A stretch of DNA of 64,000 nt, from the NCBI GenBank assembly GCA_051313645.2, contig JBNRSN020000089.1:2480001-2544000 (forward strand), in the 5' to 3' direction. Shown here one piece after another: positions 8,132-20,900 of this stretch; position 1 is the stretch's first letter; every line of letters begins with the position of its first letter. This stretch comes from Centroscyllium fabricii (taxonomy: Eukaryota). The notes beneath the pieces are model-generated. The model ran no database searches, was not told the origin of the DNA, and saw nothing but the letters and a program-made list of their open reading frames with translations. The translations under genes were made by a program, and so were the position numbers.

Positions 8132-10834
8132 ATGGCGGCATGGGACTTCGATGTGGTGGCCATTACAGAGACATGGCTGGAGCAGGGACAGGACTGGATG
8201 ATTGGGGTCCCGGGATACAGAAGCTTCTGGAGGAGCAGGGAGGAAGGAAAGCGCGGGGGGGGAGTAGCACTGCTGGTCAAGGACAACGTGACGGCTACAG
8301 AAAAAAACTTTGAGGGGGACACACAAACGGAGGTAGTATGGGCGGAGCTTAGGAATAGGAAGGGGGCGGTAACGCTAGTGGGAGTCTTTTATAGACCACC
8401 AAATAGCAACAGGGAGGTGGAGGAGGAAATTGCGCGACAAATAAAGGAAAGATGTGAGGGACAGAGGGTAGTTATAATGGGAGATTTCAATTTCCCTAAT
8501 ATAGACTGGAATCTAGGTAGGTCAAGGAGTGCAGAGGGAGAGAGTTTCTTACAATGCGTACAAGAAGGTTTCCTGACACAATACGTGGAGGAACCAACAA
8601 GGGGGGGTGCAACGTTGGACCTGGTTCTGGGAAATGAACCAGGCCAAGTGGTAGAACTGGGGGTAAGGGAGCACTTTGGGGACAGTGACCACAACTCGGT
8701 GACGTTCACAATAGTAATGGAGAAGGATAGGAGCAAGAGGCAGGGCAAGGTATACAGCTGGGGGAGGGGAAATTACGACAGGGTTAGGCACGATTTAGGT
8801 AACACCAATTGGGAACGGGAACTTGAGGGAAGAGGAACGGAAGAAAAGTGGAGAGTGTTCAGGGAGCAAATTATGAAAGCCCTGGACAAGCATGTCCCGA
8901 GTAGGATGGGAAGAAAGGGTAAGATGAGAGAACCATGGATCACGAAAGAGGTAGAACAATTAGTAAAAAGGAAGAAGGAAGCATATGATAAAATGAGAAA
9001 ACAGAGTACAGAGGGGGCGGGAAGGGAGTACAAAGAAGCAAGGAAAAAACTGAAGAATGGGCTAAGGAAGGCAAAGGGTGGGCATGAGAAGGCATTAGCG
9101 GGAAGGATAAAGGAGAACCCCAAGGCTTTCTATGCTTACGTAAGAAATAAAAGGATGACTAGGGTAAAAGTAGGGCCGATCAAAGACAGCAACGGAGAAA
9201 TGTGCACGGAGCCAGAGGAAATTGGGGAAGCACTAAATGAATATTTTGCGTCCGTGTTCACAAAGGAGAGGGAACTAAAAGCAGAGGGGGAGCTCAAGAT
9301 ACAAGGGGAAAAGATGGGGGAAGTAAATATTCAGAGGGGGGAGGTATTAGAAATTTTGGAGAAACTAAAGGTAGACAAATCTCCTGGGCCGGACGGGATT
9401 TATCCAAGGATTCTCTGGGAGGCGAGGAAAGAAATCGCAGAGCCACTGACCTCTATCTTTAGATCATCGCTATCCTCGGGGATAGTCCCTAAGGACTGGA
9501 GAGAGGCGAATGTGGCTCCCATATTTAAAAAGGGGAGCAGGGACGCGCCAGGGAACTACAGACCAGTCAGTCTCACCTCAGTGGTCGGAAAGGTGATGGA
9601 AAAGGTCCTGAAGGACAGGATCTACGACCATCTAGACAGGGGCGAATTAATCAGAAGCAGTCAGCACGGATTCGTTAAGGGCAAATCGTGCCTGACCAAC
9701 CTGATAGAATTCTTTGAAGAGGTGACCAGGAGTGTGGATGAGGGAAAGGCGGTTGATGTCATATATATGGACTTCAGCAAGGCGTTCGACAAGGTCCCGC
9801 ACGATCGACTTATGAGGAAAGTAAGGAGATGCGGGGTAAGCAACAAAGTGGTGGGATGGATTGAGAACTGGCTGGCTCAAAGGAAGCAGAGGGTAGTGGT
9901 AGATGGCCAATACTCGGGCTGGAGACCGGTCACCAGTGGGGTACCACAGGGGTCGGTGTTGGGGCCACTACTGTTTGTAATCTTCATCAATGACTTGGAG
10001 GAGGGGACTGAGGGGTGGGTCAGCAAGTTTGCGGACGACACAAAGATAGGGGGAGAAGTGGATGAGGAGGAAGGAGGTAGAAAGATTCAGAGGGATATAG
10101 ACAGGATGCAGAGCTGGGCTGAAGAATGGCAGATGGAGTTCAACACGGGGAAATGCGAGGTGATGCACTTCGGCAGGGCAAATAGGAAGAGGGAATATAG
10201 GGTCAATGGCAGAATCCTGAGTGAAGCAGAGGAGCAAAGGGATCTGGGAGTATATGTACACAGATCACTGAAGGCTGCCACCCAGGTGGACAAAGCAGTG
10301 AAAAAGGCCTATGGGGTATTGGCCTTCATCAACAGGGGAATAGAGTTTAGGAACCGGGAGGTCATGCTACAGCTGTACAGGTCACTGGTGAGACCACACT
10401 TGGAGTACTGTGTGCAGTTCTGGGCACCGTACTACAGGAGAGATGTGGAGGCGCTGGAGAGGGTGCAGAGGAGATTCACCAGGATGCTGCCGGGAATGGG
10501 AGGAAGGTCATACGAGGAGAGGTTGAGGGAGCTGGGACTCTTCTCCCTGGAACGGAGAAGGAAGAGAGGGGACTTGATAGAGATGTTTAAAATGATGAAG
10601 GGGATCGATAGAGTAAACGTGCAAAGACTGTTTCCCCGGGCGGGAAGAACGTCAACAAGAGGACACGAGCACAAGATTCAAGGAGGAAGATTCAGAAGGG
10701 ATGGCAGGGGCAGGTTCTTTACACAGAGAGTGGTAGGGGAATGGAATAGGCTACCATCTGAAATAGTGGATGCGGACAGTCTGGGTGCTTTTAAAAGGAT
10801 GATAGACAGGTACATGGAGGGGAAGGAACAGTAG
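8132..10834 (+). CDS. CR1 ORF2: apurinic-like endonuclease and reverse transcriptase (900 aa from first ATG; true coding region extends upstream to about 7964)
   Basis: APE motifs ITETW, YRPP, GDFN, LDLVL, SDH. RT motifs KSPGPDGI, NYRPVSLTS, QHGF, DFSKAFD, GVPQGSVLGPLLF, FADD. No stops or frameshifts. The same frame is open upstream and encodes LKCAYFNARSIRNK (8069-8110), the first APE motif. Confidence 0.97.
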   Translation: MAAWDFDVVAITETWLEQGQDWMIGVPGYRSFWRSREEGKRGGGVALLVKDNVTATEKNFEGDTQTEVVWAELRNRKGAVTLVGVFYRPPNSNREVEEEIARQIKERCEGQRVVIMGDFNFPNIDWNLGRSRSAEGESFLQCVQEGFLTQYVEEPTRGGATLDLVLGNEPGQVVELGVREHFGDSDHNSVTFTIVMEKDRSKRQGKVYSWGRGNYDRVRHDLGNTNWERELEGRGTEEKWRVFREQIMKALDKHVPSRMGRKGKMREPWITKEVEQLVKRKKEAYDKMRKQSTEGAGREYKEARKKLKNGLRKAKGGHEKALAGRIKENPKAFYAYVRNKRMTRVKVGPIKDSNGEMCTEPEEIGEALNEYFASVFTKERELKAEGELKIQGEKMGEVNIQRGEVLEILEKLKVDKSPGPDGIYPRILWEARKEIAEPLTSIFRSSLSSGIVPKDWREANVAPIFKKGSRDAPGNYRPVSLTSVVGKVMEKVLKDRIYDHLDRGELIRSSQHGFVKGKSCLTNLIEFFEEVTRSVDEGKAVDVIYMDFSKAFDKVPHDRLMRKVRRCGVSNKVVGWIENWLAQRKQRVVVDGQYSGWRPVTSGVPQGSVLGPLLFVIFINDLEEGTEGWVSKFADDTKIGGEVDEEEGGRKIQRDIDRMQSWAEEWQMEFNTGKCEVMHFGRANRKREYRVNGRILSEAEEQRDLGVYVHRSLKAATQVDKAVKKAYGVLAFINRGIEFRNREVMLQLYRSLVRPHLEYCVQFWAPYYRRDVEALERVQRRFTRMLPGMGGRSYEERLRELGLFSLERRRKRGDLIEMFKMMKGIDRVNVQRLFPRAGRTSTRGHEHKIQGGRFRRDGRGRFFTQRVVGEWNRLPSEIVDADSLGAFKRMIDRYMEGKEQ

Positions 10835-10868
10835 GGGGGAAGGGAAAAATCAGAGATGGACTAAGGGC

Positions 10869-10905
10869 GGCACTACATTGAGGGCCCAAGGGCCTGTACA
10901 GTGCT
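10869..10905 (+). other. CR1-type 3' UTR stem-loop (putative RT recognition signal)
   Basis: GCAC/GTGC, TACA/TGTA and GGCC-CAAG-GGCC pairings can form one extended hairpin. A 3' stem-loop before a microsatellite tail is established for CR1/L2 'stringent' LINEs. Confidence 0.7.
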
Positions 10906-10906
10906 G

Positions 10907-10932
10907 TATGTTCTATGTTCTATGTTCTATGT
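10907..10932 (+). repeat. LINE 3' microsatellite tail (TATGTTC)x3 plus TATGT
   Basis: tatgttc tatgttc tatgttc tatgt lies immediately before the satellite resumes. Confidence 0.93.
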
Positions 10933-11909
10933 AATGTCCACCTGTGAACAATACATCAGACATTGTCCATCTTTGTGCAATATATCAGACATTATCCATC
11001 TGTGTACAATACATCAGACAATGTCCACCTGTGAACAATACATCAGACAATATCTATCTATGAACAATACATCAGACAATGTCCATCTAGAGTGCAATAC
11101 ATCAGACAATGTCCATTTGTGTACAATACATCAGACAATGTCCATCTGTGAACAATGCATCAGACAATATCCGTCTGTGAATAATACATCAGACAATATC
11201 CATCTGTGTACAATACATCAGGCATTGTCCATCTGTACAATACATCGGACAATGTCCATCTGTTTACAATACATCAGACATTATCCATCTGTGTACAATA
11301 CATCAGAGAATGTCCATCTGTGAACAATAAATCAGAAAATATCCATCTGTAAACAATACATCAGACAATGTCCATCTGTTTACAATATATCAGACAATAT
11401 CCATCTGTGTACAATATATCAGACAATATCCATCCGTGTACAGTATATCAGACAATGTCCATCTGTGTACAATACATCAGACAATATCCATCTGTGTACA
11501 ATACATCAGACAATGTCCATCTGTGAACAATACATCAGACAATATCCAGCTGTGTACAATACATCAGACAATGTCCATTTGTGTACAGTATATCAGACAA
11601 TGTCCATCTGTTTACAGTACATCAGACAATGTCCTTCTGTGTACAATACATCAGACAATGTCCATCTGTGAACAGTACATCAGACAATAACCATCTGAGA
11701 GCAAAACATCAGACAATATCCATCTGTGTACAATACATCAGACAATGTCCATCTGTACAATACATCAGACAATGTCCATCTGTGTGCAATATATCAGACA
11801 TTATCCATCTGTGTACAATATATCAGACAATGTCCACCTGTGAACAATACATCAGACAATATCCATCTATGAACAATATATCAGACAATGTCCATCTGTG
11901 TACAATACA

Positions 11910-14900
11910 TCAGACAATATCCCTCTCTGAACAATATATCAGAGGACGTCCATCTGTGTACAATACATCAGACAATATCCATCTGTGTACAATATATCAG
12001 ACATTATCCATCTGTATACAATACATCAGACATTATCCATCTGTGTACAATAAATCAGACAATATCAATCTGTGAACAATACATCAGAAAATGTCCATCT
12101 GTGTACAATACTTCAGATAATGTCCAACTGTGTACAATACATAAGACAATGTCCATCTAGAGTGCAATAAATCAGACAATGTCCATTTGTGTACAATACA
12201 TCAGACAATGTCCATCTGTGAACAATACATCAGACAATATCCGTCTGTGAACAATACATCAGACAATATCCATCTGTGTACAATACATCCGACATTGTCC
12301 ATCTGTACAATACATCGGACAATGTCAATATGTTTACAATACATCAGACATTATCCATCTGTGTACAATACATCAGAGAATGTCCATCTGTGAACAATAA
12401 ATCAGAAAATATCCATCTGTAAACAATACATCAGACAATGTCCATCTGTGTACAATACATCAGAAAATATCCATCTGTGTACAATATATCAGACAATATC
12501 CATCCGTGTACAGTATATCAGACAATGTCCATCTGTGTACAATATATCAGACAATATCCATCTGTGTACAATACATCAGACAATGTCCATCTGTGAACAA
12601 TACATCAGACAATATCCATCTGTGTACAATACATCAGACAATGTCCATTTGTGTACAGAACATCAGGCAATTTCCATCTGTTTACCGTACATCAGACAAT
12701 GTCCTTCTGTGTACAATACATCAGACAATGTCCATCTGTGAACAGTACATCAGACAATAACCATCTGAGAGCAAAACATCAGACAATATCCATCTGTGTA
12801 CAATACATCAGACAATGTACATCTGTACAATACATCAGACAATGTCCATCTGTGTGCAATATATCAGACATTATCCATCTGTGTACAATATATCAGACAA
12901 TGTCCACGTGTGAACAATACATCAGACAATATCCATCTATGAACAATACATCAGACAATGTCAATCTGTGTACAATACATCAGACAATATCCATCTGTGT
13001 ACAATACATCAGACAATATCCATCTCTGTACAGTACATCAGACAATGTCCATCTGTGTACAATACATCAGACAATATCCATCTGTGTACAATACATCAGA
13101 CAATGTCCATCTGTGAACAATACATCAGACAATGTCCATCTGTGTAGAATACATCAGACAATGTCCACCTGTGTACAATACATCCGACAATGTCCATCTG
13201 TGTACAATACGTCAGACAATGTCCGTCTGTGTAAAATACATGATACAATATCCATCTCTGAACAATACATCAGACAATGTCCATCTGTGTACAATACATC
13301 AGACAATATCCATCTGTGTACAATACATCAGACAATGTCCATCTGTGTACAATACGTCAGACAATGTCCATCTGTGAACAATACATCAGAAAATATCCAT
13401 CTGTGAACAATACGTCAGACAATATCCATCTGTGTACAATACATCAGACAATGGCCATCTGTACAATACATCAGACAATGTCCATCTGTGTACAATACAT
13501 CATACATTATCCATCTGTTTACAATATATCAGACAATGTCCATCTGTGAACAAAACATCAGACAATATACATCTATGAACAATACATCAGACAGCATCTA
13601 TCTGTGTACAGTACTTCAGACAATGTCCATCTGGGTACAATACATCAGACAACATCCAACTGTGTACAGTACTTCAGACAATGTCCATCTGTGTACAATA
13701 CATCAGACAATATCCATCTGTGTACAATATATTAGACAATGTCCATCTGTGAACAATACATCAGACAATGTCCATCTGTGTAAAATACATGAGACAATGT
13801 CCATCTGTGTACAGTACATCAGATTATGTCCATCTGTGTACAATACATCAGAAAATGTCCATCTGAGAACAATACATAAGACATTATCCATCTGTGTACA
13901 ATACATCAGACATTATCCATCTGTGTACAATACATCAGAAAATGTCCATCTGTGAACAATACATAAGACATTATCGATCAGTGTACAATACATCAGACAT
14001 TATCTACCTGCGAACAATACATCAGACAATGTCCATCTGTGTACAATACATCAGACAAATGTCCATCTGTGTACAATAAATCAGACAATATCCATCTGAG
14101 TAAAATACATCAGACAATGTCCATCTTTGTCGAAAACATCAGACAATATCCATCTGTGAACAATACATCAGAAAATGTGCAACTGTGCACAATACATAAG
14201 ACATTATCAATCTGTGTACAATACATCAGATATTATCCATCAGTGTACAATACATCCGACAATATCCATCTGTGAATAATACATCAGAAAATGTCCATCT
14301 GTGTACAATACATCAGTCATTATCCATCTGTGAACAATACATCAGAAAATAACCATCTGTGTACAATACATCAGACAATATCCATCTGTGTACAATACAT
14401 CAGTAAATGTCCATCTGTGTACAATACATCAGACAATATCCATCTGTGTACAATACATCAGACATTATCCATCTGTGAGCAATACATCAGACATTATCCA
14501 TTTGTGTACAATACATCAGACATGGTCCATCTGTGAACAATACATCAGTCATTATCCATCTGTGTACAATCCATCAGACAACATCCATCTGTGTACAATA
14601 CATCAGAGAATGTCCATCTGTGTACAGTACATCAGACAATATCTATCTTTGAACAATATATCAGACAATGTCCATCTGTGTACAATACATCAGACAATAT
14701 CCATCTGTGTACATTACATCAGACAATGTCAATCTGTGAACAATACATCAGACAATGTCCATCTGTGTACAATATATCGGACAATGTCCATCTGTGTACA
14801 ATACATCAGACAATATGCATCTGTGTACAATATATCGGACAATGCCCATCTGTGTAGAATACATCAGACAATTTCCATCTGTGAACAATACATCAGACAA

Positions 14901-17900
14901 TTTCCATCTGTGTACAATACAACCGACAATGTCCATCTGTGCACAATACATCAGACAATGTCCATCTGTGAACAATGCATCAGACAATGTACATCTATGT
15001 ACAATACCTCAGACATTGCCCCTCTGTGTACAATATATCAGACATTATCCATCTGTGTATAATACATCAGAAAATGTCCATCTGTGTACAATACAACCGA
15101 CAATGTCCATCAGTGCACAATACATCAGACAATATCCATCTGTGAACAATAAATCAGACAATGTCCATCTGTGTACAATACATCAGAAAATGTCCTTCTG
15201 TGAACAATCCATTAGACAATATCCATCTTTGTACAGTACATCAGAGAAAGTCCATCTGTGTACAATACATCAGACAATGTCCATCTGTGAACAAAACATC
15301 AGACAATAACCATCTCTGAACAATACATCAGAGGATGTCCATCTGTGTACAATACACCAGACAATATCCATCTGTGTACAATATATCAGACATTACCCAT
15401 CTTTATACAATACATCAGACATTATCCATCTGTGTACAATACATCACACAATATCCATCTGTGAACAATACATCAGACAATGTCCACCTGTGTACAATAC
15501 ATCAGACAATGTCCAACTGTGTACAAAACTTAAGACAATGCCCATCTAGAGTGCAATATATCAGACCATGTCCATTTGTGTACAATACTTCAGACAATGC
15601 CCATCTGTGAACAATACATCAGACAATATCCATCTGTGAACAAAACATCAGACAATAACCATCTGTGTACAATACATCAGACATTGTCCATCTGTACAAT
15701 ACATCGAACAATGTCCATCTGTGTACAATACATCAGACATTATCCATCTGTGTACAATAGATCAGACAATGTCCATCTGCGAACAATAAATCAGACAATA
15801 TCCATCTGTAAACAATACATCAGACAATTTCCATCTGTGTACAATACATCAGGCAATATCCATCTGTGTACAATATATCAGAAAATATCCATCGGTGTAC
15901 AGTATATCAGACAATGTCCATCTGTGTACAATACATCAGACAATATCCATCTGTGTACAATACATCAGACAATGTCCATCTGTGAACAATAAATCAGAAA
16001 ATATCCATCTGTAAACAATACATCAGACAATGTCCATCTGTGTAGAATACATCAGACAATGTCCACCTGTGTACAATACATCCGACAATGTCCATCTGTG
16101 TACAATACGTCAGACAATGTCCGTCTGTGTAGAATACATGATACAATATCCATCTCTGAACAATACATCAGACAATGTCCATCTGTGTACAATACATCAG
16201 ACAATATCCATCTGTGTACAATACATCAGAAAATGTCCATCTGTGAACAATCCATTAGACAATATCCATCTTTGTACAGTACATCAGACAAAGTCCATCT
16301 GTGTACAATACCTCAGAAAATGTCCATCTGTGAACAAAACATCAGACAATATCCCTCTCTGAACAATATATCAGAGGACGTCCATCTGTGTACAATACAT
16401 CAGACAATATCCATCTGTGTACAATATATCAGACATTATCCATCTGTATACAATACATCAGACATTATCCATCTGTGTACAATAAATCAGACAATATCAA
16501 TCTGTGAACAATACATCAGAAAATGTCCATCTGTGTACAATAATTCAGATAATGTCCAACTGTATACAATACATAAGACAATGTCCATCTAGAGTGCAAT
16601 AAATCAGACAATGTCCATTTGTGTACAATACATCAGACAATGTCCATCTGTGAACAATACATCAGACAATATCCGTCTGTGAACAATACATCAGACAATA
16701 TCCATCTGTGTACAATACATCCGACATTGTCCATCTGTACAATACATCGGACAATGTCAATATGTTTACAATACATCAGACATTATCCATCTGTGTACAA
16801 TACATCAGAGAATGTCCATCTGTGAACAATAAATCAGAAAATATCCATCTGTAAACAATACATCAGACAATGTCCATCTGTGTACAATACATCAGAAAAT
16901 ATCCATCTGTGTACAATATATCAGACAATATCCATCCGTGTACAGTATATCAGACAATGTCCATCTGTGTACAATATATCAGACAATATCCATCTGTGTA
17001 CAATACATCAGACAATATCCGTCTGTGTACAATACATCAGACATTGTCCGTCTGTGTACAATACATCAGACAATGTCTATCTGTGAACAATACATCAGAC
17101 AATGTCCATCTGTGTACAATACATCAGACAATGTCCATCTGTGAACAATACATCAGACAATGTCCATCTGTGTACAATACATCAGACAATATCCATCTGT
17201 GTACAATACATCAGACAATGTCCATCTGTGAACAATACATCAGACAATATCCATCTGTGTACAATACATCAGACAATGTCCATTTGTGTACAGTATATCA
17301 GACAATGTCCATCTGTTTACAGTACATCAGACAATGTCCTTCTGTGTACAATACATCAGACAATGTCCATCTGTGAACAGTACATCAGACAATAACCATC
17401 TGAGAGCAAAACATCAGACAATATCCATCTGTGTACAATACATCAGACAATGTCCGTCTGTACAATACATCAGACAATGTCCATCTGTGTGCAATATATC
17501 AGACATTATCCATCTGTGTACAATATATCAGACAATGTCCACCTGTGAACAATACATCAGACAATATCCATCTATGAACAATACATCAGACAATGTCCAT
17601 CTGTGTACAATACATCAGACAATATCCATCTGTGTACAATACATCAGACAATATCCATCTCTGTACAGTACATCAGACAATGTCCATCTGTGTACAATAC
17701 ATCAGACAATATCCATCTGTGTACAATACATCAGACAATGTCCATCTGTGAACAATACATCAGACAATGTCCATCTGTGTAGAATACATCAGACAATGTC
17801 CACCTGTGTACAATACATCAGACAATGTCCATCTGTGTACAATACGTCAGACAATGTCCGTCTGTGTAGAATACATCATACAATATCCATCTCTGAACAA

Positions 17901-20900
17901 TACATCAGACAATGTCCATCTGTGTACAATACTTCAGACAATATCCATCTGTGTACAATACATCAGACAATGTCCATCTGTGTACAATACGTCAGACAAT
18001 GACCATCTGTGAACAATACATCTGACAATATCCATCTGTGAACAATACATCAGACAGTATCCATCTGTGTACAATACATCAGACAATGGCCATCTGTACA
18101 ATATATCAGACAATGTCCATCTGTGTACAATAAATCATACATTATCCATCTGTATACAATACATCAGGCAATGTCCATCTGTGAACAATACATCAGACAA
18201 TATCCATCTATGAACAATACATCAGTCAGCATCCATCTGTGTACAGTACTTCAGACAATGTCCATCTGTGTACAATACATCAGACAATATCCATCTGTGT
18301 ACAATATATCAGACAATGTCCACCTGTGAACAATACATCAGACAATGTCCATCTGTGTAAAATACATGAGACAATGTCCATCTCTGTACAGTACATCAGA
18401 CAATGTCCATCTGTATATAGTACGTCAGACAATGTCCTTCGTTTAACAGTACATCAGACTATTTCCATCTGTGTACAATAAATCAGACACTGTCCATCTG
18501 TGTACAATACATCAGAAAATGTCCACCTGTGAACAATACATAAGAAAATATCCATCTGTGTACAGTACATCAGATTATGTCCATCTGTGTACAATACATC
18601 AGAAAATGTCCATCTGTGAACAATACATAAGACATTATCTACCTGTGAACAATACATCAGACAATATCCACCTGTGTACAATACATCAGACAAATGTCCA
18701 TCTGTGTACAATACATCAGACAATATCCATCTGTGTAAAATACATCAGACAATGTCCATCTTTGTCCAATACATCAGACAATATCCATCTGTGAACAATA
18801 CATCAGAAAATGTGCAACTGTGCACAATACATAAGATATTATCAATCTGTGTACAATACATCAGTCATTATCCATCAGTGTAAAATACATCCGACAATAT
18901 CCATCTGTGAATAATACATCAGAAAATGTCCATTTGTGTACAATACATCAGACATTATCCATCTGTGAACAATACATCAGACAATAACCATCTGTGTACA
19001 ATACATCAGACAATATCCATCTGTGTACAATATATCAGTAAATGTTCATCTGTGTACAATACATCAGACAATATCCATCTGTGTACAATTCATCAGACAT
19101 TATCCATCTGTGAACAATACATCAGACATTATCCATCTGTGTACAATATATCAGACATGGTCCATCTGTGAACAATACATCAGTCATTATCCATCTGTGT
19201 ACAATCCATCAGACAACATCCATCTGTGTACAATACATCAGAGAATGTCCATTTGTGTACAGTACATCAGACAATATCTATCTGTGAACAATATATCAGA
19301 CAATATCCATCTGTGTACAATACATCAGACAATATCCATCTGTGTACATTACATCAGACAATGTCAATCTGTGAACAATACATCAGACAATGTCCATCTG
19401 TGTACAACACATCAGACAATGTCCATCTGTGCACAATACATCAGACAATATGCATCTGTGTACAATACATCAGACAATGTCAATCTGTGTACAATACATC
19501 AGACAATTTCCATCTGTGAACAATATATCAGACAATTTGCATCTGTGTACAAAACATCAGACATTGTCCATCTGTGTACAATATATCAGACAATATCCAT
19601 CTGTGTACAATACATCAGACATTGTCCGTCTGTGTACAATACATCAGACAATGTCTATCTGTGAACAATACATCAGACAATGTCCATCTGTGTACAATAC
19701 ATCAGACAATGTCCATCTGTGAACAATACATCAGACAATATCCATCTGTGTACAATACATCAGACAATGCCCATCTGTGAACAATACATCAGACAATGTC
19801 CATCTGTGAACAATACAACAGACATTGTCCATCTGTGTACAATACATCAGACATTGTCCATCTGCGTAAAATACATCAGACATTGTCCATCTTTGTACAA
19901 TACATCAGAAAATATCTATCTGTGTACAATACATCCGACAATGTCCATCTGTGAACAATACATCAGACAATGTCCATCTTTCAACAATACATCAGACAAT
20001 GTCCATCTGTGTACAATGCATCAGACAATATCCATTTGTGTACAATACATCAGACAATATCCATCTGTGAACAATACATCAGACAATGTTCATCTGTGTA
20101 CAATACATCAGAAAATGTCCATCTGTGAACAATCCATTAGACAATATCCATCTTTGTACAGTACATCAGACAAAGTCCATCTGTGTACAATACCTCAGAA
20201 AATGTCCATCTGTGAACAAAACATCAGACAATATCCCTCTCTGAACAATATATCAGAGGACGTCCATCTGTGTACAATACATCAGACAATATCCATCTGT
20301 GTACAATATATCAGACATTATCCATCTGTATACAATACATCAGACATTATCCATCTGTGTACAATAAATCAGACAATATCAATCTGTGAACAATACATCA
20401 GAAAATGTCCATCTGTGTACAATACTTCAGATAATGTCCAACTGTGTACAATACATAAGACAATGTCCATCTAGAGTGCAATAAATCAGACAATGTCCAT
20501 TTGTGTACAATACATCAGACAATGTCCATCTGTGAACAATACATCAGACAATATCCGTCTGTGAACAATACATCAGACAATATCCATCTGTGTACAATAC
20601 ATCCGACATTGTCCATCTGTACAATACATCGGACAATGTCAATATGTTTACAATACATCAGACATTATCCATCTGTGTACAATACATCAGAGAATGTCCA
20701 TCTGTGAACAATAAATCAGAAAATATCCATCTGTAAACAATACATCAGACAATGTCCATCTGTGTACAATACATCAGAAAATATCCATCTGTGTACAATA
20801 TATCAGACAATATCCATCCGTGTACAGTATATCAGACAATGTCCATCTGTGTACAATATATCAGACAATATCCATCTGTGTACAATACATCAGACAATGT

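Larger units (their letters stand above)
5844..10932 (+). mobile_element. Apparently full-length, intact CR1-clade non-LTR retrotransposon (LINE) inserted in the satellite
   Basis: 5' tandem-repeat UTR, ORF1 (Zn finger, coiled coil, SGNH esterase), ORF2 (APE endonuclease and RT with SKFADDTK, C-terminal YRSLVRPHLEYCVQFWAPY), short 3' UTR with GGCC-CAAG-GGCC stem-loop and (TATGTTC)n tail. No LTRs and no poly(A). The satellite resumes in register at 10933. Confidence 0.97.

Noticed and set aside
6944-10674. Antisense and alternative-frame ORFs inside the LINE (e.g. 7077-7436, 8389-8748, 8074-8313)
   Set aside because: These are shadows of a purine-rich sense strand. They are low-complexity S/L/P/F-rich translations with no recognisable motifs.
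10926-10940. Tail-target microhomology (TATGT vs AATGT) as evidence of sequence-specific targeting
   Set aside because: Only 4 nt, out of register with the 7-bp tail unit, and a single insertion cannot show specificity.
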